NCBI RefSeq assembly: GCF_022458985.1
Contig: NC_061789.1
Coordinates: forward strand, 11,415,707-11,479,706
Source: Mugil cephalus
Taxonomy: Eukaryota
Direction of reading: 5' to 3'
Length of the DNA: 64,000 bases
The notes under the pieces were generated by a model. That model ran no database searches. It was given only the letters and a program-made list of their open reading frames with translations, and had not been told where the DNA came from. Made by a program: the position numbers and the translations under genes. Below, piece by piece: positions 25,900 through 38,949 of the stretch (its first letter is position 1; the number at the start of each line of letters is the position of its first letter).

Positions 25900-26497
25900 G
25901 GGTCTTCAACATTTTTCAGGCCAAGGATGCCCAAAATGATCAGAGATTAAGTAGGGACCTGGCTCCCAGCTTCAATTTTTTTTATTATTATTATTCAAAA
26001 TGCAATATGAAATTAAAAGATAAAAAAAATAAAGCAAAGTGATCCATTTTGGCCTCAGTAGTTGGCTGATGGGAGCGAGCTGCACTGTTAGCTTCTCTTC
26101 TGCTAATATTGCGTAACAGTGCTTCTGGATTTCACTGAATAGGCTCTCGACCAATTGTGGGAACCTGGCTCGTGATTGGCTCGGCAGCAGTAGGGGGCGG
26201 GGCCTACTGTGTACAGGAAGCTTAGATCGACAGGTCTTGCTAGTGTAGTGCTCTGTGTGAAACGGTGCGCTGTTGAGACGGCTGCTATATCACTGAATGA
26301 AAGATAATGTCTTCTGCCTCCATTTATCACTTTACTAAAATATGTTGGATTCATGTTAACTTGTATTTAAAGAAATTTAAATTTATGGGGGGAAAATTGT
26401 GGTGGAAATTAAAAAAAATATATATATAAAAATGTCTAATCAACCAAAGATTTTGCGGCCCCTTGCAGTACCTTTGCAGACTCCCTGTTGAAGACCT
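25900..26497 (-). mobile_element. MITE family 2, copy B (inverted orientation), 400 bp upstream of DOC2 coding exon 1
   Basis: The termini are aggggtcttcaacatttttcaggccaagg at 25897-25925 and cctgttgaagacct at 26484-26497. The core cgtgattggctcggcagcagtagggggcggggcctactgtgtacagg at 26170-26215 is the reverse complement of the copy-A core. Confidence 0.75.
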
Positions 26498-26854
26498 ATG
26501 GCCTGTATTCTAGAGACTTAACTTTGTCTTGGACTGTGGAGTTTTTGGTCTAGAGTTGGTATTTGCTTGTCTTGTCTTGTCGCTCTTCACTTAAGACTTA
26601 AACTTGTACAACAACTAACTGATTTAGTGCTTCGTTTATTAGTTTCAGAGCTACTCTGTCATTACCTGAGATATAAACAATGACTTAATGAAAAGTCAGA
26701 AGAAGCCAAAGTCATTTTAAGTTTCTGTCTAGTTTTAATTTCCTTTTATAATTAAATCTGACTTACAGACATCAGAAGTCTTTATTTTGTCTCTATCTGC
26801 TGACCAAGCTCACGAAGCCGATTTGATCAGTGGCCACTAAGTAATACTACTTAG

Positions 26855-27337
<483 letters not shown>

Positions 27338-30300
27338 TGAGGCGGCTTCTTCTTCTTTTCGCACCACTCCGCGTGGCGTTTATTTTGACACGCTGGGTGA
27401 GGGATGAGCCGTTAGCTGACGGCTGTTGACGAGTTGAGAGTGAATTATCTTATCGACTTATTACCTATAGAGATTAGCTTACGCTTTTAGCTAGCTAGCA
27501 TCATGGGAAAAGGCCCAACGCGTGACTTCAGGTGCTGTGCAGGTTTACAGAGGAAAATAATAATAATTATGAATAAAAATATAAGAGCTAATGTGTCCAC
27601 ATTCTTCAAAATTAACACATGTGAGGACAAATAAAGTTAGGTCTTGTTTGCTTGATCAGAGATGTCATCTTTGGTCTCTTTTACACACCTGAGACTCACA
27701 AGATTCATCAATTTCTCTTCACTGAATCCACGGAACTTGACACGTGAGATCTAAAAAAGACAGCTCAGAACTTGCTTGAGAATTGTCCCATTTTTACCAT
27801 TTTTGTCAGTATAACAATAATCAGTGATAGTTGTCTGTATATTCACTGTTACATCATCAACAGGAGCTGCTCATGGATCGTTCGTCTGCCTTTAAAAGCA
27901 CATATTTGTCTGAATGGGAACAGATTGAGGCTGAAGACGCAGAGAACAGCGACCTGTAGCTGACATTAATGAGGGGTGCCGCTCCCCTGGCCGTTCCCAA
28001 GCGGGCCTGTAACTGATTGGCACAAACCCGTCCTCGCCGACAGCCTCTGTAAATCCCCCTGTTAAGAGCGAGTCTGTTGTAGAATTACTTGTCATCTTTC
28101 GCCGTGAATCATGATGTTTACTCACGGCTCAGGGTTTAGACGACGACTTGTCTGCTCCTCGTTTTCTTCGTGAATGTAGCAAAGATCTTCATTTCGATTC
28201 AACAGCGAAACGGATGAACTCTTATATATAAAAAGGAGTTGGCCGTAGATGTGGAGGCTGCAGAAACTTCATGAATCGTTCTCGTGGGACCGGCAGTCTG
28301 ACGGGCTCGACCTCCTGCAGCAGCTTCACTGTGATCAATAAGCGAAAGACACAAGTTTCTTTTACCTGACCAGCCACAAAACAAATGACCATCTCTCCAC
28401 CGATTTACCCCTGGAGCAAACTGATGAATGATTTATGTCTTGATGTTAGAAGAGCATTAATAATGCACCTCGCACACACCTCTCCAAACTCATCTGGCCT
28501 CCGCCTCTGGTCTGGTCTGCTGAAGCTCGGGCCTGAAGTGTCTGATGAAGCTGAAACGCGATCCGCGCCTCGCAGACACCTACAGCGCGTCTGGCCTACG
28601 CCGCCTTCCTCCAGAGGAAGAGTGATGGGCTCTGCGAGGGGCGAACGATCGCTTCATCGCGCCCTCCACTGTCCCTCCGGCCGCAGAGTGAGAACAAATT
28701 GTGATAAATGACTCCGAGCGAACGCCGCTCTCAGAGCTGCCGACACGTTTCCGAGCTCCTCTGACTCAGATCCGCTTTGAAGCAAAGGCTAATTAAGGGG
28801 GTTTTACCCTTTTTATTTCCTCATTAGCGCGTGTTTGTTTCGCAGTCACTGATTGACAATTTTTTTTGTGCTTTTCTAATACCGAGGCTTCAGAATCGTC
28901 TGAGAGGGAAAACAGGAAGGGAGGGAGGGAGGAGCCGGGCGTCCACGTTTGACAGTCTGCGCCCTGTGACTGAAACAGAAGAGACGCTCTCAGTCACAAA
29001 GGACGCTTTTTTCCACACGGACTTCTCTTTTGTGCGCAGACTTCAGATTGCGATGAGGCTGTGGCGGTGGCGTCTGTTTTTTGTGCAGTGTGGTTCTTGC
29101 AGAGCTGCTACAGCTGCCCGGGGCTGCAATAAGCCGGTGTAGGTGGTGGGAGCAGAAACACAGAAATAAAAAAACCTGCATTACACATAGAAGAGAGCTG
29201 AGAGCTTTTTTTAAATCATGTTCAGGACCGCTATGGGAGAAACACTCTGGAGCTCAGGTAGCTCTTCAGCCTGTGCATTAGCTTAGAAAAACTAACGTGC
29301 AGGCGGTTGGGTATATGTATTTGGATTAAAACATGCGCAGAGCAGAAGAAGAAAAAGTACTCTGCTTCAGGAGCTGCAATCTTTTTATAATACATGCGAT
29401 ACTTTGATGCTGCAGCCGATGAAGTTGATCGATTGAAGTTTTTTTTTTTTGACTATACTTTATGGAGCTGCACTTAATTGGTTTATTTGCATTGAGTAAA
29501 TCGAATGCAATGTCGAGGAAAAGATGTTTAAATTAGCATGTACGTTTGAAGTCGGATCTGGAGCTGCTTTATTGCTGATATCCACTTAATTTATCACGCT
29601 TGTGGAGATGTAAAGCTCTCCTGTGGGGTAAACCGCACTGAGAACAGGAAGCCGGTTCAGTCACACCACCACCACAGCTACATTAGTTCAAAACGCCACC
29701 CCCGCACACTGAAAGGCACCGAACAACCAACGGCTGGGGTCTTATTGTGATCACGTTCCATCGCTTCAAGGGTATTTTTTAGCATCTCCGTGATTCCGTC
29801 ACCTCGTCGTCATCTTGTGCCTCAGAGTTTTTCTGTAAATACGTACGTGTCTCTTTGCAGATCTCTTGGTGATGGAAAACAGGTAGGAGCCAAGTCAGTT
29901 CAATCATTATTGAGTAAAGAGCAAAAGGTGCTGCAGAGGTGGAAGCGAAAGCCGGGGTACACGGAATCAGGGAAAACACGGCTAGAAAACAAATAGGCCC
30001 CTCGATCAAACCAATAAATAAAACCAATGAGGGGTGGAGCACACAGACAAAAGACACAAGGGACGACAGGTGAGTGTGATTAAAGGGGCGGGAAAAGACT
30101 CTATGATCCAATAAAGAATCTCCTGGTGCATCCTCGATAAAACATCCAAGGGTTTGGACCGAACTTGATCTTATGGGTATTACTTTGGAACAGAACCTGG
30201 GCAACGACCCAAGACCGACTCACATTTCACAACAAGACAAAAGTGTCTCTACTAACAAGGGAGGAAATAAGACATAACTTATTTTAGTTCTGACTTCAAA

Positions 30301-31111
30301 ATTTATCAGGAAAAACGAGGAAAACCAAGCAGAAAAAACTCAATGTAGTTACAAGGTTTAGGAAAAATAAACATGGGTCCCTTGTGTTTTAAGGTCCCTT
30401 GTGCGTTTTCTGTGTGTATCTTTGTTGGTTTGTGTCTGTTCATGGGAGTTTTATGTCTTTTTGTCTCTTGAGGTGGCGTGCACCTCTCTGGCTGTGTCGG
30501 ATCATGCTTTGTGTTTCTTTGCAGTCATTTGGATCGACTGTTAACAGTCACTTCAGTCCTGGTTAAGGGACCTCGCTGTCCAGCTTTAGTTCACGAGAAT
30601 ACCAGGATTTGTGAGAGGCAGCGGTTTACAGTAGCTTCCAGTTGAGCAGCACATGTGGCGTACGCTGTTTTGTGTGTATTTAGAGCTGAATCTTAAAATA
30701 ATGCCCTAATGCCATGAATCATATGTACAGTGTGTGTTATCTTACGTAACGGCTCTGGAAGAACACCAGCGCGTGTTGTGTTTGCGTGGCGCGTGTTACC
30801 TGCATGTTCGCTCCTTTTCACACAGTATGCATGCTTTTAACAGGCCTGATGAATATGTTTGCTCTCATTTTAAGAGGATTTCACGAGCTGACGCGTGACG
30901 CGATGCGCTGAGATTCATGTGACAAGCGCAGATCCACTAAATTGGATTTCTGTCCTCGGAATGCGGCTCTGATTTATTTTTTTTTGTTCTGTCGCATGGT
31001 TTCAATTTGTTCTGACAGACTTTTTTCTTTTTTGTGTGTGAAAATCGTGTTTTTCTTTGTTGTTGTCATAATTGTTTCCATCCTCTCTGCCCTCGTGTGT
31101 TCTTTCCTCAG

Positions 31112-31191
31112 CTGCTCTGGGAACGCTGGAGTTCGAGCTGCGATACGATCAGAGCTCCAGTGAGCTGCACTGCACCGTGCTGCGGGCGAAG
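31112..31191 (+). CDS. doc2b: DOC2 coding exon 2 (start of C2A: TALGTLEFELRYDQSSSELHCTVLRAK)
   Basis: The acceptor is ctttcctcag at 31110-31111 and the donor is AAG|GTAACG at 31191/31192. The junction codon a+ct is Thr, giving DC-T-ALGTLEF, which matches DOC2 (D[A/C]TALGTL[E/D]F). The exon is 80 nt and restores phase 0. Confidence 0.85.
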
Positions 31192-31637
31192 GTAACGGCA
31201 CTTTGTTTCAGATTAGAGTCAAGAGTCCGACAGGAGATTACACGGCCCAAAGTGTATTGCTTAAATACTGTATAATAAAGGAACTCCTATTCTCAGATTT
31301 CTCATTAGATTAGATTTAGGAGCTCTATTCAATTATTAGGCTTGGAAATCTTTCAACCTCAGTGACGAAGAACCTCAGTTCTTCATCAATAACCTCAGAT
31401 TTAATCATGAAATCAGCTTCTTGAACATTGATCAGTCACAACATTAAAACCACTGCCAGGAGAAGTTAATAACGCTGACCGTCCTACGATGATTCAAATG
31501 TTCTGCTGGGAAACGTTTGGACCAGACCAGTGACACTACCCCATATCAGTGACACTTCTTGAATGCACACACAAAAACGGTTTAGGAACTAAAAAAAACC
31601 TAAAAAACTAAAAACTAAACTAAACTAAAAAAAATCC

Positions 31638-31790
31638 TGACGTCACCCATTGGATCCTGAACCTCGGAAATGAAGCCTGAAGTGGGCGGAGCCCGTGGTC
31701 GCCATATTGGATAAGCTTCACTCCGCCCCACACACAGATATATTCCAAATATGGACGTGGGGGTCGTGTCGGACGTTGAGCCCCGCCCAC
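31638..31790. promoter_or_regulatory. intronic cluster of promoter/enhancer-type motifs (CRE, CCAAT, GC boxes, CArG/SRE-like) in DOC2 intron 2
   Basis: The motifs are tgacgtca at 31638-31645, cccattgg at 31646-31653, gggcggagc at 31684-31692, ccatattgg at 31702-31710, ctccgcccca at 31721-31730, ccaaatatgg (a perfect CC[A/T]6GG) at 31745-31754 and ccccgcccac at 31781-31790. Confidence 0.4.
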
Positions 31791-34700
31791 TCAACTCTCC
31801 GCTACTTGTTAGCTCAGGCTACCGCTGCTCACTCAAAGTGGGAACGTCCTTAATTATGCAGAAATTTAAACCTTAATAAAAAATAAATGAATGAGTACAG
31901 TTGCCATGAATAGTGGAATAAACCATTGAGACCATAATCAATCTCCCATGATAGAGCTTAACTGACAACAAGATGCTCACCCCTACATGGGGTAAAAATA
32001 TGCCGGGTATATGGACTTATTCCAGCCAGAGACGACTGGATCAGGTGTTTACATGGTTAGGAGCTGTTTATTTTCTTCTACTGAACAGATTATCAAAGAT
32101 TTACACCTACCCTCTCAGTCTGATGGAAAATTCCCTCTGATCAGATCAGTGCGTTCTGACTCAGGTGGTTGTTTATAACTGGAATATTGGAGTAAATGTA
32201 AACTGAGGTGTATGATGCCACCTCCTTGGATGCTTTCTTGTGGATGGACTATGTCTATAGCTCACAAACATCCCAAAACTGTGCATGCATCCAAAAAAAC
32301 GTTAGATAGACCTGTCTTATAAAAATAAAGCCTGTCATCCGTCGAGGATTTCCATTGTATATTTAAGCTGCTCTCATTCAGTGTTAAACCCTCAGGATTT
32401 TTTCCTCCTTCACAAAGGCTGCAGTGGAAAATGTTCTTATTATTCCTGATAGTATTTCATTGAAAACTCTTGACTGAACTACTCAGACATTTCAGCGTCA
32501 TGGTCGGACTTTGATCTGGTCAGTAAATGTCACTGAAACGCAGACCTTCATCTCCACCCGTGGATGGTGGCTAAGCAACAAGAACAATACAGCAGATGTG
32601 AATCTTACATGTAGCGACCGGAGGCAGCTGTCAGCAATTTTTAGTCAGGCGGGTCATCTGACTAACTGACCCGTTAACACCCAGGCCCAGAGCAGGTGTT
32701 AAGCTTTGGGAGACGAGATAAGAAGGAGCAGATTCTCAGACGGCTGCAGGAAAAAGTGTTTGGTGTGTTAAACGGGTGTTGAGGTTGGAACATATGCACT
32801 GGCTCTGAAGTCCAAATGACACCTTCATTTCATTAAAAGACTCAGTTTGGCGTTTTCTCTCAAGAGACTGTGCAGGTTCTCAGAGGATGGCGCATGAAGT
32901 TAGCTTGGTTTTGAGGCTCTAGTAAATCCGGCACAGGTTTGTTTCAAACCAATGAACAAAGACATGCCAAAAACTACAACCAGTGACCAGCGGGCACAGT
33001 TGTTTTGTGAACTTCTGAAAGACCGGAAAATCTGAAGAGCTGCTACTAGCTGAAAGGCGAAGAAGCTAGGACTAGCTAGCTAAATGGGCTGAACTGAGAT
33101 GTCCCCGCTGAATCGTGCCGATTAGTGCACTTGTCCTCCAAGCTGAACAGCCAATCAAAGTTATCTCTGTCACCAACTTGGTCCACCGCCAGTTCAATAA
33201 GTTGAATTCAACTACCGGCAACACGGGGTCCAACGAATACCAACGGTGCGTTACTGGAAAAACTAGGGCAACAGACTGTCACTGGAAAATGGCCGACCAC
33301 CGGCTTGGTGCGTCACGGCCTATAGGGCAGTCCAATCATCTCCTCCAAAAGTTTAGCTGGAATAAGGTGGTCATGTCTGAGCCGACTGCCTACATTACGA
33401 GTTTAGTTAAAAGTGCAGCTTCATGCGGGACCGAAGGAGCAGCAGGACAGCTTTTCTTAATAACCCTGAACTGCTCACGAATCACCTCATCTCTCTTAAA
33501 CATCAGTGGCCCTCATGCATTTTATGAGACACGCTACCCTTTATCTTTAGAAACATCTTCTTTCTCTCCGTTCCGCATGAGAACGGTGACTTGCTGCGAG
33601 CGGATACAATATTAGCAGAATTTAATATTGTGCGCTGAGTGGCTTCAGCCTTGATTGCTACAAATCCTCACAATTCAAACCGTGTGAACCATTTTCAAGA
33701 CATCAAAGCCGCTGAAGCGGGAGTCCCTTAAATTGTAATGAGTGCGCAGTTGGAACTAGACACAGTTGGAACTAGTAGGAGCTTTCAAGCATTTAGTTGT
33801 TTTAACAATAGGATAGGATGTTATATAGCGAGAGGGAAAAAAGATATTCACAATAAAACTTATTTTACTGTGATGGTGACAGACGCAGTTTTCACCGTCA
33901 TTCATCGTCTTTCGCATTTCTTTGCTTGGTTTGCCCGAGCCATGAGAGTTTGCCCCATGGTTGTAACTAACCAGTCCATAAGAAGAAGAAAAATACAACT
34001 ATTATACAACTACGACTATTAGATATTTGGAAAGCACATACTTTCTTTGTACTGCCGCTGAAGACTGATGGGACACTCACAGGTCCAGACGAACCTTCAG
34101 TCACAGTCAGATGAAATGTCTCTTAAACTGAAACCTTGTCTCCATCTGTACTTCAGATTGCCGTCTTTGTCTCTTCACAGCCCCGACTTGTGCTTCAGCT
34201 ATTATTCCCGACTCCTGAACTGAGCTCCTGTGTGACAGTTTGTGTCTTTGTTAATTTCTTCTCCTGGTAGTCGCGATGCCTGCCCAAGGAAACATTTATA
34301 CGAACCTACCGATTGCTGCCTCTATTACACAGCAATGATGTATGAGGGCTTTAATATATTGTGGCTGTTCTTAACTTTTGAATACACTGTAAATTCACTT
34401 CAGTGAAACGGGAACAGTGTGTTGAAATATTGCCTCAGACCAGATGAGGACAGTTATTCATTCAGAGGATTTGAGTGGAATTTACATATAAATGATGGAA
34501 AGAACAACATGTTCCACTCCAGCTTCAGACTTTTAAAGTTACCAGTATTTCTCCGTACTCGGATCACCACGACACAGATACAATCAGACTTGTGTTTGTG
34601 CAGCTGATTTAAGAAACTGACGTTTAGAGTTTCCAAACATGAAAAAGAACGATATTAGGGGAAAGCACAGTGATAGAAGCAAAAAGTGAGGTTGAAATTG

Positions 34701-36616
34701 CTTCATTATCTCCGGGATGGCAGATAATCCGAGCACCTGCTGTCGCCGAGCTTCGTCTCCTTTGTCTCCTCCGCCGTTTTCTTAATTTGAGTACCCCCTT
34801 GAATGTCAGTGATTTCCCCGATGGCGTCGGTTCGTTTCTGCAGCGAAGCAGCTTCAGACCTGAGCAGCTGGATCGACTCCCACGGCCTGACAGGAAGACC
34901 TGGTTCTTTGTGTGGGGCTGGAGGAAAGCTGACACTTTTGACATCAGCTAAACTGAGCCTGTGAATAGCTGGGAAAAAAATAATCTAGACTGAAACCTGT
35001 TGGGCCAAGGCGCACCAATAGAAGAATGTCATGATAGCGTAAACACAGATCAGCCGCAACATGAGAAGTAAATAACTTCTTGTAACAGGTCAATGTTTTT
35101 CTGGGAAACTTTTGCATCCAGCATTCATGTGGATGTCACTCTAAGACATGTACCACCCACCTGGACCAGACCAGGCACCCCCACCCCATGGCAATCTCAC
35201 TAAATGTCAAACTGATCATGCATCTGTCGGATGATCCACACAGCCCCGATCATCTGTTGGCAACGACATTATATGTGTCTGGCTGACTAACGTTAGCTAT
35301 TTTGCCTGCTTCCAGGTGACAAATGCTAGCAACGCAAAATATACACCGACTACGGGGTGGAGCTGTATTTACCACCAGCGGTTTGTTCTTCACCCAAATG
35401 TTGGTGTGGCCTAATTTGCGACTGTCATCTATTTGGAGTATGCAAGTATGGGCGGAGTAAAGCTCATCCAACTTGGCGACCGCGTGCTCCGCCCACTCCG
35501 GGCTTCGTGTGAACAGCGACGTTGAAAACGTGGCTCCATTTTTGGTTCTTCCACTGAATAAATTCAGTGAAAGTAAAATTGGAGAATCTTCACATCTCGT
35601 CTGTTTTATTTCCAGCAGCTGAACCGCTCCACTGTCAAAACCGCTCTCTGCCGACTGATGTACTGAGGCATGTCAACACATAACACACACAATCAGATCA
35701 TTTTATTTTGGTCCTGCGTGGACAGACCTTTAACGCTGCTTCCAGTCAATTATTTTTTCCCGTTGTCGCCAGAAGGAATGAGTCAGTTCCAGGATTATCC
35801 TCCTCTCCTTGTGTAACGTTATCCATATTTACCGAGACAAAATGTTATTCATTAAGCCGGTAAACACTGGTGGAGACCAAAATAGGAGCTAAAAAAAATA
35901 AAAAATAAAAAATAGCCCCCACTTCAAATACATAATCAGGTCGATTCTGACAAAAAAAAAAAAGAGATTTAAATGTGTTTACCTCATTAAAATGAAACTG
36001 TGTCTGCAGAGAAGAAGTAATTGAAACATACGTGAATGCGTCTGAGACCTTATTACAGGCACGTCTAGAAGGTCAGCGTCTTCATCGTCCTCAGGCTCAT
36101 TAAAAATGGTGGTGGTGGTGGGAGGGCTAAAAATATGCAGGGGTGGGGGGGAAATCTATCTTCCTGCCGTCGCTGCAAATGTCAAAGCTGTTGAAAGATA
36201 TTTAGCGGCAATTTCTCATGATGATCGGCTCCTGCTGACGAGGTCAAGACTCAAATCAGGCGCTTCGCACACGGACACGTGGGGAAAAAACGGTTGCGAT
36301 TTTATTCACCTGACACACTGGAACGGTGTCTCACACATTTATGTTAATACATAAAAAAAGATTAAATGCTTTGTGGTTTAAACTGAAGAAGACGTTTGTA
36401 AATGTAAAGACAAATTACACGTTATAATCTCCATGAAAGTATAAGAAAGTCACTTTTAATGTATATGTATATATTTTTTTTGTATTAAAACCTACTGAAC
36501 TACAAAGCTTGATCCAATAGAAGGAGCAAAAAGTCCTCATTGCTTCAACTCTTTAAAGTCTCAAGTAAAACTTCTCATAAATCAAATAACAGCAAAAAGT
36601 GATGATAAAAACATGA

Positions 36617-36799
<183 letters not shown>

Positions 36800-37336
36800 T
36801 AAAGACAGAGATGACACAACTGGCACTATATGAAACCGTATCTGAAATTATTTGTCTTCTGAAAAGTGAAGCAGGAATGTGGCTGAATGTTTGCTTCTAT
36901 AAATATTGCGCTGAGGTTATATTGGGAGTCAGTGGGGTTTTGACGTATTTTGTAGATAGTGACTCATCTGGATGATCTTATCTGCAGAATATCTGAAGCT
37001 ATAGCAACGTTTAGGCTCCACAGAGCACCTCAGATCTCCACTCTTGCTTCACGGGGAATAAATTCAGTCAAAACCTGATTTGATTCCGTTCGTCTTCGGG
37101 CGAAATGTTGCAAATGTCCCGATTCAGGACTCACTTGCTTTGCAGTAGCTGCAATGTCACAATATCACAGATATCAGACAGATTTTCATCCAATTTCCAA
37201 TTAATTAATTAATTTACCATGTTCTGTGTTTTCACTGAGAGTCAGTGTGATGTTCTCTTGTTCGTATGAACTTTGATATTTTGAATTGAGTTCCCAATAG
37301 AGGATGTAATAATCTTGAGTGTATGTCCTTTCTTCA

Positions 37337-37688
37337 TTGGAAAACCTATGGAAGAGTATTAGGGCCACTCATGAGAAAAAAAAATTAGAGGAGGTAGATT
37401 TTTTTCTTTTCATCATGCACTTTGAGAAAGAAGTTGAAATTTTGAAAAAAGGCAAAATTTCAAGAAAAAAAGTTTTAAGTTTTAAACCGACATATGTATG
37501 GTACTGTCGATACTCTGTGGAAGAGCACTGGGGCTTAATTAATAATTTATATTAAGAATTTTAAATTGTATTGTGATTATTTTTTCAGTTATATTGCTGA
37601 TATATCACATTGGACTGTCGCATGTCTACAGTGGCATGGATATTGCTGCACACTGTGGCCTTGCCTCGTGGCCCTAAAACTCTTCCGT
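37337..37688. mobile_element. MITE family 1, copy 2 (in DOC2 intron 3)
   Basis: The TIRs are ctatggaagagtattagggccactcatgag at 37337-37366 and ctcgtggccctaaaactcttccgtag at 37663-37688. The internal sequence is collinear with the copy at 229-568, for example gttatattgctgatata..attggactgt.gc. Confidence 0.75.
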
Positions 37689-38257
37689 AGAAAAGCAGAC
37701 AGACAGAGTGCTGTATAAATTAATTCTACCATTTGTTTAAATATTCATTATCTGCATGATTATACCGATTTGCGGCCATTGCATCTAGTGATTAAGTGAT
37801 TAACTCTGAGTTATAGTTCTCCACAACAAAGGAGGAGCAGCTCTGATTAATAAATCACCCCGAGGGTTTCTTAGTTCACTTACAAGAAGTCGAATGAAAG
37901 GTGTTCGCAGTGACTCTCTATCAGCATGCACAGTTTCTATTTTAATTGTTCAGCTTATCAACAGTCTTTTACTTTTAATTATATTGTTGTTGCTGGGTCA
38001 TTTTTTGTTTCCTTTTTAATAGAAAATGCTGCATTCATCTGGTTAATTAAAATGTTTTAATGAGTTCATTTTGATGCTGTTCAGAGTATGAATGATTTTG
38101 TTTTCTTTGAGCCGTTTAAAGTTTTATTTTCTGCATCTTTTAAATTTAAGTTTAATCCTTAAATTGATTTTTCTTTAAGCTTAAATTCAGAGCGGGCATA
38201 AATGTCCAAGGTGTCGCAGACGCGTTCTGAACTGCAGAGTGAAACTAAAATCAATAA

Positions 38258-38416
<159 letters not shown>

Positions 38417-38949
38417 GTGTTTGTGTACATCCATGTGTACGTGTGTTTGCGTGTAATTGATGCCCGGATCTCATTTCAGACTGATTACACTTACAGCCAT
38501 TAATCAGACGCGGGGACACGTTGACATTCAGACATGAAGCTCAGTTGTCATCCTTCATTAATTCAGCCGTCAGAGCAGGAACCTGCTGAGTGGAATCTGA
38601 GAGCAGGACTCATGAGGTGAAGTGATCTTCTTGTCACTGTTCAGACGCTCGGTGCTAACAGCCGTCAGCTGGCATTGGCCTGCAGCCTGATCAAAAACGT
38701 CCTGTGGAGGAACGGACTCGTTTGTTTCCATAAAGTCGAGTGGGGTTTACTGCTTGTGGCTTTTCCCTCCCTCTGATGATGAATGAGCTTCTAGTACTGG
38801 AGCATCTCCATAATCACAAGGACTGTGAAAGAAGCAGAAATAATCTAATTAAAGAGGAGCAGACGTTTCATCTCAGTCGAATGTGGAGGAGAGTCAGCAT
38901 GGAACAAACCTCTGGAGGAGGAGAAGGATGTGGCAGAACGTGAGACAAG

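Noticed and set aside
29779-30204. This is a 141-aa ORF on the minus strand in intron 1.
   Set aside because: It has no domain similarity and is antisense to DOC2. The start codon in the track may be non-ATG. The region looks like unique intronic DNA with CCAAT-like motifs.
33115-33615. This is the longest ORF in the window at 166 aa, on the + strand.
   Set aside because: It lies inside DOC2 intron 2. The translation (..QPIKVISVTNLVHRQFNKLNSTTGNTGSNEYQRC..) has no recognisable domain or coding-like composition, and the DNA carries CCAAT-like repeats (ccaatcaaag, tccaatcatc) that suggest a repeat or regulatory block. There are no flanking splice signals that fit any gene.
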